DNA from: Candidatus Brocadiia bacterium
GTDB lineage: Bacteria > Planctomycetota > Brocadiia > SM23-32
Direction: 5' to 3'
Assembly: GCA_046538485.1 (NCBI GenBank)
Contig: JBKHIT010000046.1
Coordinates: forward strand, 1-39,443
Length of the DNA: 39,443 nucleotides
Shown here piece by piece: positions 27,027 to 35,209 of this stretch. The position numbers and the translations under genes are program-made. Each line of letters starts with the position of its first letter. Position 1 is the stretch's first letter. A model generated the notes under the pieces. That model was not told the DNA's origin, did not search any database, and saw nothing but the letters and a program-made list of their open reading frames with translations.

Positions 27027-29180
27027 ATGTCCGTAAGTATCTCTCGTGGCTGTATGGAAGTCGATGGAAATCGGTCATTTTTGTTTTCAGGGGAAGTCCA
27101 ATACTGGCGGTTGAATCCGAAATACTGGGAAGTCGTGCTGGATCGATTGATTGAAACCGGGATGGAATGGGTGTCGAGTTACGTCCCGTGGAGGGTTCAT
27201 GAGCAGGGACGCCACGATTATGATCTGGAGGGCAAGACCAACCCTCGCTTGAACCTCCGTGCGTACCTGGAACTCATATGTGAGAAGGGGCTGAAGATGT
27301 ATTTCCGACCCGGCCCATTGATCGTGAGCGAGATGGCGGCAGGAGGGTATCCCCAGTGGCTTGTGGAAGAGGATCCCCTTCGCCTGGTCTGGGATGCTGA
27401 GAACAAAATACCCCCGGGATTTCAGAGATATGGCGGGGTTCCCTGCTACCTCCATCCCGATTACCTTGAGCACGTTGCCGTATGGCTCTCGGCGGTCAAC
27501 GATATTGCCTGCGATTTTCTTGCACCCGCCGGTCCCATCGCTATTTATCAGCTCGATAACGAAGTGAGTCTGGTCTGCAAAGACGGCATGTTTCAGAGCG
27601 ATTACAACCCTCACATCGTGGGGCCGGGCGGCGTGTATCACCAGTGGCTACGCGAAAAGTACGGATCATTCGAGGCCATTCCTTATGGCGAAGATTGCGA
27701 AGACATCGGAGAAATAGCTCCTCCCCGAGATCTGGAGCTTTGGGGTGAGAGGCGTGTCGACTGGTGGTGGGATTGGGCGGAGTTTAAAGAGTATTATCTC
27801 GCGCGGTATCTCGAGGAACTGCGTAAAATTCATGAAGGTTGCGGAGTAACCGAAGTCAAATTCTGCACCAATTTTAATCCGCACCGGCCCAACACGGTTC
27901 CGAATAACTGGAAGAAATATGAGGAGGCCACACGCGGTCTGGTCGGTTACGATTTTTACCGATCGCCTTTCCTCAGTTATACCGGTTATCTCTCGCTCTC
28001 GCGGATATCCCGTATGCTTGGCTCCTGGATGGAACTGCCCTGGTCCGCGGAATTTATGAGCGGTTTCTGGCACGAAGATTTCAACAATGGCGGGTATCCG
28101 TTTGCGGAACACCACGAAATGATGAGCTATGCGGCCCTTGCAAACGGGCTTAAAGCACTCTCGTGGTATATGTTTCACGACCGCGAGAGGTGGGGCGGAG
28201 CGCCGGTGAGCAATCTCGGCCAGAAACGATACGCTCACAACGCCATCTGCGAAGTTATGAATTTTGTTGAAGGGTGCAAAGATTTCTCCTCTTTACAGCT
28301 CCAGGGACGTGTCGGCGTACTTTACTACAGACCCTACCATATCCACACGTTCCTCGGTGATTCTATGCCGTGCAACGATAGCCAGGTGCATACCGGTCAA
28401 CCCGAGATCGATGGAGTTAAGGCCGGGCTTGTTTCTACCGAATATGAAGCAATTTTTGGCATTCTTATGGACGCGGGGTATTCCCCCATACCTGTCGATC
28501 CAGCGATCAATTCTGAGGAACTCGATAGACTCGACGCTCTCTGGGCGACCACCCAGACTTTCATGGATCCTGAGACCGCTTCACACCTCTGGGAATTTGC
28601 GCGAAAGGGCGGGGTGTTAATAATTGGTCCTTATGTTCCAGAGGCTTCTTTGAGCGGAGATCCCCTGGCTCTCCCGGAAGGTCTTGGGAAGGCCGATCCG
28701 GTGTGCCGGGGCCAAACCAACATAAAATGGTACGATACTTCCGTCACTTTCTACGAAGGGCTCTGGAGTCTCCCGGGGGAATCTATAGTTTCACTCGGGA
28801 ACCAACCGATTGTCTCCGGCCACGCCCTCGGAGAAGGGGTTGTCATCTTCGTTGGTGGATACATTGCCCAGGATCTCAGTGGCCCGGCCCCTGAAGGCAA
28901 TGTCGAATTCGCGGGACGTCTCCTTGAATTCTGCGAGATTTCCCCGAGGGTGAAGACCAATCGGCGAGATATTCACGCCATACTTCAAACCAACGATCAG
29001 GAGGGCTATTTGTTTCTGCTGAATCTCGGCCTGCGCGCTCGTTCGGCCAAAGTGAGTTTCCAGCACAATGCGCCCCGGGCTTTAAAAGATGCCCAAACCG
29101 GTGAGGAAATTCAGCTTGCCGGCGCAGAAGCGCGGGTGGACGTTGATTGCAAAAGGTGCCGGGTGATGGAACTGATTTGA
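27027..29180 (+). CDS. Beta-galactosidase-like glycoside hydrolase (GH35/GH42 type, clan GH-A), cytoplasmic
   Basis: FSGEVQYWR, SSYVPW..HE, RPGP....E...GGYP.W, QLDNE (acid/base), AEFMSG (nucleophile), WYMFH; no signal peptide; SD GGAG before ATG 27027. Confidence 0.85.
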   Translation: MSVSISRGCMEVDGNRSFLFSGEVQYWRLNPKYWEVVLDRLIETGMEWVSSYVPWRVHEQGRHDYDLEGKTNPRLNLRAYLELICEKGLKMYFRPGPLIVSEMAAGGYPQWLVEEDPLRLVWDAENKIPPGFQRYGGVPCYLHPDYLEHVAVWLSAVNDIACDFLAPAGPIAIYQLDNEVSLVCKDGMFQSDYNPHIVGPGGVYHQWLREKYGSFEAIPYGEDCEDIGEIAPPRDLELWGERRVDWWWDWAEFKEYYLARYLEELRKIHEGCGVTEVKFCTNFNPHRPNTVPNNWKKYEEATRGLVGYDFYRSPFLSYTGYLSLSRISRMLGSWMELPWSAEFMSGFWHEDFNNGGYPFAEHHEMMSYAALANGLKALSWYMFHDRERWGGAPVSNLGQKRYAHNAICEVMNFVEGCKDFSSLQLQGRVGVLYYRPYHIHTFLGDSMPCNDSQVHTGQPEIDGVKAGLVSTEYEAIFGILMDAGYSPIPVDPAINSEELDRLDALWATTQTFMDPETASHLWEFARKGGVLIIGPYVPEASLSGDPLALPEGLGKADPVCRGQTNIKWYDTSVTFYEGLWSLPGESIVSLGNQPIVSGHALGEGVVIFVGGYIAQDLSGPAPEGNVEFAGRLLEFCEISPRVKTNRRDIHAILQTNDQEGYLFLLNLGLRARSAKVSFQHNAPRALKDAQTGEEIQLAGAEARVDVDCKRCRVMELI

Positions 29181-29321
29181 ATCCTACTGCGGCCAGCTAT
29201 TTTGTAAATGATCGCCGTTGAATTAAACCGCAGCATGTCTGATATTGGGGAAGAACTCTAATTTATCGATTGGCTGTCTGCGCCACTCGCAAAATAGCAA
29301 AACCATTGAAAGAGACCCGTA

Positions 29322-31076
29322 ATGAAAAACGCAGAAATAGCTCAGATGTTCGAAACAATGGCCGACATCATGGAGATCCGGGGGGAGAATCAGTTTCGTG
29401 TGAGTTCATACCGCAAGGTCGCACGTGCTCTCACAGACCTCAATGAAGGAATAAAAAATTTTGCCGAAGCCGGTGACCTCAAAGATATCCCGGGGATCGG
29501 CAAGAGCAGCGCTGAGAAAATCCAACAGTATCTCCAAACGGGTAGTATGGACCGTTATGAAGAACTGATGGAAGATTTTCCGGGAGATGCCCTCGAACTC
29601 CTGGAAATTCCAGACCTCGGCCCAAAAACCGTGGAAAAATTCATGTCGGAAAAGGATATTACAAGTATTGAGGACCTGGAAAATGCCATCGAAAACGGGC
29701 ATTTGGAAGATCTCGAAGGGATCGGGCCAAAAACGATTGAAAACCTGAAACAAGGCATCGAAATTGTACGCCGACGAACCGGTAGATCTCTCCTCGGCAA
29801 CGCGCTTCCGGCGGCCGAAGAAGTGGTCCGTATAATGTCCGAAAAGGCAGATGTCAAAAGAATCGAAATAGCCGGTTCCTTGCGACGCAGGAAAGAAACC
29901 ATCGGGGATATTGATATTCTTTCCACCGTTGAGACGACAGAGAACGGTGCCGACGAAGACGAAGACATCCCCGGAGGATCAGAAATTGTGGAGAAGTTTA
30001 CGAACCTGGAGATTGCCGCGGAAGTTCTGGTGGCCGGTAGCACAAAAGGTTCCATCCGCACCCGGGAAGATCTCCAGATCGACCTGCGTGTGGTCCGGCC
30101 TGAGAGTTTTGGCGCAGCTCTGCAGTATTTCACCGGCTCCAAAGCCCATAACATCAAAATCCGGGGAATGGCCCGTGACCGCGACCTGAAAATCAATGAA
30201 TACGGCGTTTTCGATGGGGAAGAATCAATCGCCGGAGAAACCGAGGAAGAAGTTTATACAACACTGGATTTGCCATGGATCCCGCCCGAATTGCGTGAGG
30301 ACCGCGGCGAGATCGAGGCGGCGGAAGAGGATAACCTGCCGGAATTGATCACCAGGGACGATATTCGAGCGGATTTGCATGCTCACTCGGATTACAGTGA
30401 CGGAAAACTTTCCGTGATGGAGATGGCCCGAGCCGCGAAGGACCTCGGATATGAATATTTTGCTCTGACAGATCACAGCCAGAACCTCGGTGTGGCCAGC
30501 GGATTGTCGCCCGAAAAGCTTGAGGAGCGCAAAAAAGAAATTGATGAAGCAAGTGGGGAATTAAATTTCCCGATTTTAAATGGGACCGAAGCCGATATAT
30601 TAAAAGACGGTACCGTTGATTACGGGGATGAAATTTTGTCCGATCTCGATTGGGTCGTTGCGTCCGTCCACGACCATTTTGATATGGAAGAAAACGCGAT
30701 GACCGAACGGATAAACTCAGCGGTTCGCAATCCGAACGTCCACGTTATCGGGCACCTGACCGGCCGTCTTATTGAGAAACGGGAACCATACCGTCTGGAT
30801 ATCGGGGCGGTGATGGAAGCCTGCGCAGAAACGGGGACCGCTCTCGAATTGAATGCGCATCCGGATCGGCTCGATATTCAGGACACTGTCTGTCGTCAGG
30901 CAAAAGAAGCGGGTGTGAAAGTTGTAATCGGCACCGATGCTCACAATTCCTCTCATCTTTCTCTCATGCATTTTGGCGTCAGTACCGCGCGCCGCGGCTG
31001 GCTTACAAAAGACGACGTTCTCAATGCTCTGAGCTACGAAGACTTCAAAGATTACCTCGAGTCTGCGGACCGCTGA
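29322..31076 (+). CDS. polX: DNA polymerase X / PHP exonuclease
   Basis: N.FRV.SYRK, IPGIGKS, AGSLRR.KETIGDIDIL, QIDLRV, YFTGSKAHN, DLHAHS..SDG, TDHS, ELN, GTDAH, ARRGW. Confidence 0.96.
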   Translation: MKNAEIAQMFETMADIMEIRGENQFRVSSYRKVARALTDLNEGIKNFAEAGDLKDIPGIGKSSAEKIQQYLQTGSMDRYEELMEDFPGDALELLEIPDLGPKTVEKFMSEKDITSIEDLENAIENGHLEDLEGIGPKTIENLKQGIEIVRRRTGRSLLGNALPAAEEVVRIMSEKADVKRIEIAGSLRRRKETIGDIDILSTVETTENGADEDEDIPGGSEIVEKFTNLEIAAEVLVAGSTKGSIRTREDLQIDLRVVRPESFGAALQYFTGSKAHNIKIRGMARDRDLKINEYGVFDGEESIAGETEEEVYTTLDLPWIPPELREDRGEIEAAEEDNLPELITRDDIRADLHAHSDYSDGKLSVMEMARAAKDLGYEYFALTDHSQNLGVASGLSPEKLEERKKEIDEASGELNFPILNGTEADILKDGTVDYGDEILSDLDWVVASVHDHFDMEENAMTERINSAVRNPNVHVIGHLTGRLIEKREPYRLDIGAVMEACAETGTALELNAHPDRLDIQDTVCRQAKEAGVKVVIGTDAHNSSHLSLMHFGVSTARRGWLTKDDVLNALSYEDFKDYLESADR

Positions 31077-31225
31077 CCTGAACGCCACGACAAAACTTTA
31101 ACCGCAACAGATATCGCAACGATTCCCTGCGCCGCGAAGCCCGCACCCAGATGTAGCTTGGGGACAATCAAAGCTCCATGGCGACTGAATGAGCTCTCGG
31201 GTCCGGAACTTGTTCTACCCCTCCG

Positions 31226-31254
31226 GTTGACATGGTCAACATCTGGTCTATCCT
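31226..31254 (+). promoter_or_regulatory. Sigma70 promoter with overlapping palindromic operator
   Basis: TTGACA (31227-31232), 16-nt spacer, TATCCT (31249-31254); perfect palindrome GTTGAC-ATG-GTCAAC at 31226-31240. Confidence 0.65.
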
Positions 31255-31297
31255 TTAAGGAAAAACAGCAAGGATTTCCCCATTTTTGAGGTGCAGC

Positions 31298-33295
31298 ATG
31301 GATGAAAATATTGAAACCCTGATACACGTTTCAAATGAAGTAGGACGCGATAACGATCTGGTTCAGGGAGGCGGCGGCAACACGAGTGTAAAAACTGGCG
31401 ACGGGTGCATGTACGTGAAGGCCAGTGGGACGGCTCTCGTGGAGATGAAGGAGGGCCAGGGCTATCGGTGCGTGCGAATTGAAGACTGCATTTCCATCCT
31501 CGATGACGAAGAAATCGCCGCCGCAGATCCCGAAGAACGCTCAGCTGCTGTCGGCCGACAGTTGCTGGAAGCCTGCGTGGATGATCTCCAGGGCCGTCCC
31601 TCAGTTGAGACATCTCTTCATGCTTTGCTCGGGAAAGTCGTTGTCCATACTCACCCCTCACTCGTGAATGGAGTCCTTTGCGCCACGGAAGGTCGAGAAG
31701 CGGTGGCCGAACTGTTTGAGGATCTCGATCCCCCACCGCTCTATATCCCATATACCGATTTCGGGTATCCACTCGCCGTGGCCATGCAAGAGGCACTCAA
31801 CCAGTACAAAAAAGATCACGACCAGCTGCCCGAGATAATATTTCTGGAAAACCACGGTCTTTTCGTCAGCACGGAGGAACCCGAGCGGGCTCTGGAATTA
31901 ACCCAGCTGGTTTTTGACCGTGTTGAGACCGCATGGGAAGATCGGATGGATGGAGTGACCGAGCGACATACATTCGCTCCCGAGCACGAGAAAGAGATTG
32001 AGCTGGTATCCGAGGCCTGCGCCCATCTGCGACGCGTTTATGCCGAAATCCTTGGTTCGCCCGTTCTGGTCCGGTATGAACTCGGAACGGCTGTAAAACG
32101 ATTCTTCGCTTATTCGGATTGCCACCGACTTACCTGCAGTGGCCCGATGGTTCCCGATCAGATGGTTTATTGCAATGGAGCGCCCATCTGGGTGGAATCG
32201 CCAGACAAAATGGGTGATTTCCCCGCAGCATTGGATCATGCCGTGGAAAGGGAAGACGCCGGTGCTGCTACGCCTCTGTGCATACTCGTAGATGGACTTG
32301 GCATGTTCACTGTCAGTGTGAGTCCCGCTCTGCTTGATGCTGCGTCGGCAACGATGGAAGCCGTGTTGGATATTCTTGTGGTTGCCGATCAGTTCGGCGA
32401 GCCGCGCGCTCTGCCGGAGGAAGGGCTGGTATACATCCGTGGCTCAGAAGTCGAAAAATACCGTCAGGAAGTCATGGGACTGAGAGCTGCAAAAGGGGAC
32501 CTGGCGGGGGGCGTTGCTGTGGTGAGCGGCGCGGGAAGCGGGCTCGGTCGTGGGATATCGATAGGTCTTGCTAAACGTGGTATGCACGTGATCCTTGCCG
32601 ATATTAATCCCGAAGGTTCAAAAGAAACAGCCCGAAGGATACGTGAGGAAGAACAAGCGCCCGGGAGCGGATGGCCTGTTAGCGTGGATGTGACTTCCGA
32701 AAAATCCGTGGGGGACCTTGTTTTTACGACGATCAGCGATCTCGGAGGAGTCGACCTGCTTGTCAATTGCGCCGGGATTGCTCCACCTCATCCCCTGATC
32801 GAATTTCCTGTTGAAGATTGGCGGAAAACCCTTGAAGTCAACCTCACCGGATATTTTTTGATGGCCCGAGAATTTGCACGCGTTATGAAACGTCAGGGTG
32901 CGGGCGGGAATATCATTAACCTGTCGTCGAAAAGTGGGCTCAGCGCTTCGAAAAATCATAGCGGATATAATGCCACAAAAGCTGGCGAAATCCACCTTGC
33001 ACGAGGTTGGGCTCAAGAACTGGCTCAATACAATATCCGCGTCAACTGTGTCTGCCCCGGGAACGTCTTTCGAGAATCAAACATCTGGAACGAAGATTAT
33101 ATAAAAGCTCTGGCCAAAAAGCGGGGCCTCGAACCCGACGAGGTCATCCCTTACTATATCGGTCTCACGGCGCTCGAAGAGGAAATCGACTGGGATGATA
33201 TTGCCAATGCTGTGGTTTTTCTCGCCAGCGAAAATGCCTCTAAAATTACCGGCCAGATTCTCGTGGTCGATGCCGGTCAGGTTTTTGTGCGTTGA
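31298..33295 (+). CDS. Bifunctional class II aldolase / short-chain dehydrogenase (rhamnulose-1-phosphate aldolase-SDR fusion type)
   Basis: GGGGNTSVK, VKASG, RPSVETSLH, HTH, LENHG in the aldolase domain; SGAGSGLG, VNCAG, YNATK in the SDR domain; SD GAGGTG before ATG 31298. Confidence 0.9.
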   Translation: MDENIETLIHVSNEVGRDNDLVQGGGGNTSVKTGDGCMYVKASGTALVEMKEGQGYRCVRIEDCISILDDEEIAAADPEERSAAVGRQLLEACVDDLQGRPSVETSLHALLGKVVVHTHPSLVNGVLCATEGREAVAELFEDLDPPPLYIPYTDFGYPLAVAMQEALNQYKKDHDQLPEIIFLENHGLFVSTEEPERALELTQLVFDRVETAWEDRMDGVTERHTFAPEHEKEIELVSEACAHLRRVYAEILGSPVLVRYELGTAVKRFFAYSDCHRLTCSGPMVPDQMVYCNGAPIWVESPDKMGDFPAALDHAVEREDAGAATPLCILVDGLGMFTVSVSPALLDAASATMEAVLDILVVADQFGEPRALPEEGLVYIRGSEVEKYRQEVMGLRAAKGDLAGGVAVVSGAGSGLGRGISIGLAKRGMHVILADINPEGSKETARRIREEEQAPGSGWPVSVDVTSEKSVGDLVFTTISDLGGVDLLVNCAGIAPPHPLIEFPVEDWRKTLEVNLTGYFLMAREFARVMKRQGAGGNIINLSSKSGLSASKNHSGYNATKAGEIHLARGWAQELAQYNIRVNCVCPGNVFRESNIWNEDYIKALAKKRGLEPDEVIPYYIGLTALEEEIDWDDIANAVVFLASENASKITGQILVVDAGQVFVR

Positions 33296-33331
33296 AACAT
33301 CTGTGCCTGCGCTTGAAAGGATTGACGAACA

Positions 33332-34426
33332 ATGGAAGCAAAAGCTGCTGTCATGACCGGATTTAATGCTCCGCTTGAAATGCAGAGCTTCCCCCTGGTT
33401 CCCCTCGAGCCCGGAGAGGTCCGCGTGAAAATCACCTGTGCCGGAGTCTGCGGAAGCGATGTTCACATGTGGAGAGGCAAGGATCCGCGCACGCCTCTAC
33501 CCATGATCCCCGGACACGAAGGTGTGGGAGAAGTGGCCGAAATCGCCGGATCGAAGACCGATCTTTTCGGCCGGGAACTCAAACCCGGAGATTCTGTGCT
33601 CTGGGAACGCGGTGTGATGTGCGGAGATTGCTACTACTGCAACATTGCCAAAGAACCAAGCCTCTGCCCTCAACGCAAAACCTACGGGATTTCGTATTCG
33701 TGCGAAGACCCGCCCCACTTTCTCGGCTGTTACTCGGAATACCTCCACCTCCGCGCCGGGCACCCCCTGATCAAGCTTGATCTCGACGTCTCCCACGAGG
33801 TCCTCGTCCCGGCGACATGCAGCGGCGCAACCGCCGCCCACGCCGTCGAAACCAGCGGCCTGAAACCGGGTAATAGCGCCATTGTTGTCGGACCCGGGCC
33901 GGTTGGACTTTTTGTGCTGGCCCAATTGCTCGACGCGGGAGCCGGTCAGGTTTGGATCGCCGGAACTGCTGCCGATAAAGGGCGTCTCAAAATGGCAAAA
34001 GAGTTCGGATCCGCCGGCGTTTTGAATGTCGACGAAATGGGGAAAAGTGAAATCGAAGAACTGGTCATGGATGAAACCCGTGGGCAGGGCCCCAATGTCA
34101 TTATGGATTGCACGGGTTATGCGCCCGTGGTCAACGAATGGATCGATCTCCTGGCTCCGGGGGGAACTTACTCAATCCCGGGAATCGCGACACCTCAGGA
34201 CGAAATATCGCTCGAACTTTTCAGCACGCTCGCCCGCAAAGGGGCGCGATTGCAGGGAGTGTGGGTCAGCGATACCTCGCATCTCTGGCGAGCCGCCAAC
34301 CTTGTGGACAGCGGACGGTTTCCCTTCGAAAAAATGATCACTCACAAGTTCTCGCTCGAAGAAGCTACCGAAGGGTTGAAGGTGACGGAAAGCAAGGAAT
34401 CGATCAAAGCCGTTCTCAAACCGTAA
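33332..34426 (+). CDS. Zinc-binding medium-chain dehydrogenase
   Basis: GVCGSDVH, GHEGVG, structural Zn motif CGDCYYC-X7-C, CSGAT, GPGPVG. Confidence 0.92.
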   Translation: MEAKAAVMTGFNAPLEMQSFPLVPLEPGEVRVKITCAGVCGSDVHMWRGKDPRTPLPMIPGHEGVGEVAEIAGSKTDLFGRELKPGDSVLWERGVMCGDCYYCNIAKEPSLCPQRKTYGISYSCEDPPHFLGCYSEYLHLRAGHPLIKLDLDVSHEVLVPATCSGATAAHAVETSGLKPGNSAIVVGPGPVGLFVLAQLLDAGAGQVWIAGTAADKGRLKMAKEFGSAGVLNVDEMGKSEIEELVMDETRGQGPNVIMDCTGYAPVVNEWIDLLAPGGTYSIPGIATPQDEISLELFSTLARKGARLQGVWVSDTSHLWRAANLVDSGRFPFEKMITHKFSLEEATEGLKVTESKESIKAVLKP

Positions 34427-34458
34427 TCCGTTCGGAACTTTCAAAAATTCCGGAGAAT

Positions 34459-35187
34459 ATGAACAAACCGAACAATATTGTCCTTATTGATTTCCCATTC
34501 GAGGTCGATGCCGCAGAGTTGATAAAATCGGCGCGAGTGCCGGAAGGGGGGGACGATGAGGAGGAGTTTCGGACGCTGTTCCGGCGGGCAATGGATGTGG
34601 CCCGTCCAAAAGCTCTTTACCGCCCCTGTTACGTCGAGAAAAAGGCAGGGAAAAACGTGCGTATTAACGGCGTGGATTTCCGGAGCCATGCGCTCCGCCG
34701 AAACCTCGATGAGGTCGAACGCGTCTTTGCGTACGTGGCCAGTTGCGGACGTGAAATAAATTGCGTCAAACTGAACGCTCAAAATTTACTGCATGATTTC
34801 TGGCTCGATACAATCAAAGGAGCTTTGCTGGACTGCAGTATCCAGGCTTTGCACAAAGACATCGAGCAGCGATATGGGATCGGGCAAAACTCGACAATGA
34901 ATCCCGGCGCCAGCGATGCTACCATCTGGCCAATCGAACAGCAGGAACAGCTCTTTGAGCTTCTGGACGATGTGGAAGGTTCAATCGGCGTTGAGCTGAC
35001 AGACAGTCACCTTATGGTTCCCAATAAGAGTATCTCGGGGATTCTATTCCCGACGGAGATCGATTTCCGGAACTGTCAGCTCTGTCGCCGGGAAAATTGT
35101 CCCTCGCGTTCCGCTCCATTCGAGCCGGAAATGTGGGAAACACTGCAGCGGGAAAGGGGCAAGGGGGGGAAGGAGCGTAAGTCGTAA
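34459..35187 (+). CDS. Stand-alone vitamin B12-dependent methionine synthase activation-domain-like protein with C-terminal Cys cluster
   Basis: AYVASCG, D.I....L, MNPG....WPIEQQ..LF.LL, IGVELTDS.LM.P.KSISG, CQLCRRENCPSR; SD GGAG before ATG 34459 (the track start at 34108 overlaps the previous gene). Confidence 0.8.
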   Translation: MNKPNNIVLIDFPFEVDAAELIKSARVPEGGDDEEEFRTLFRRAMDVARPKALYRPCYVEKKAGKNVRINGVDFRSHALRRNLDEVERVFAYVASCGREINCVKLNAQNLLHDFWLDTIKGALLDCSIQALHKDIEQRYGIGQNSTMNPGASDATIWPIEQQEQLFELLDDVEGSIGVELTDSHLMVPNKSISGILFPTEIDFRNCQLCRRENCPSRSAPFEPEMWETLQRERGKGGKERKS

Positions 35188-35209
35188 AGGCCTTAGCCCG
35201 CATATTTCA

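Noticed and set aside
29322..31076. Catalytically altered PolX
   Set aside because: DxD (GDID) and the third Asp (QIDLR) are intact and the PHP metal ligands are present.
34108..34458. N-terminal 117 aa of the 359-aa ORF
   Set aside because: Out-of-frame overlap with the dehydrogenase gene; the SD and domain boundary support a start at 34459.
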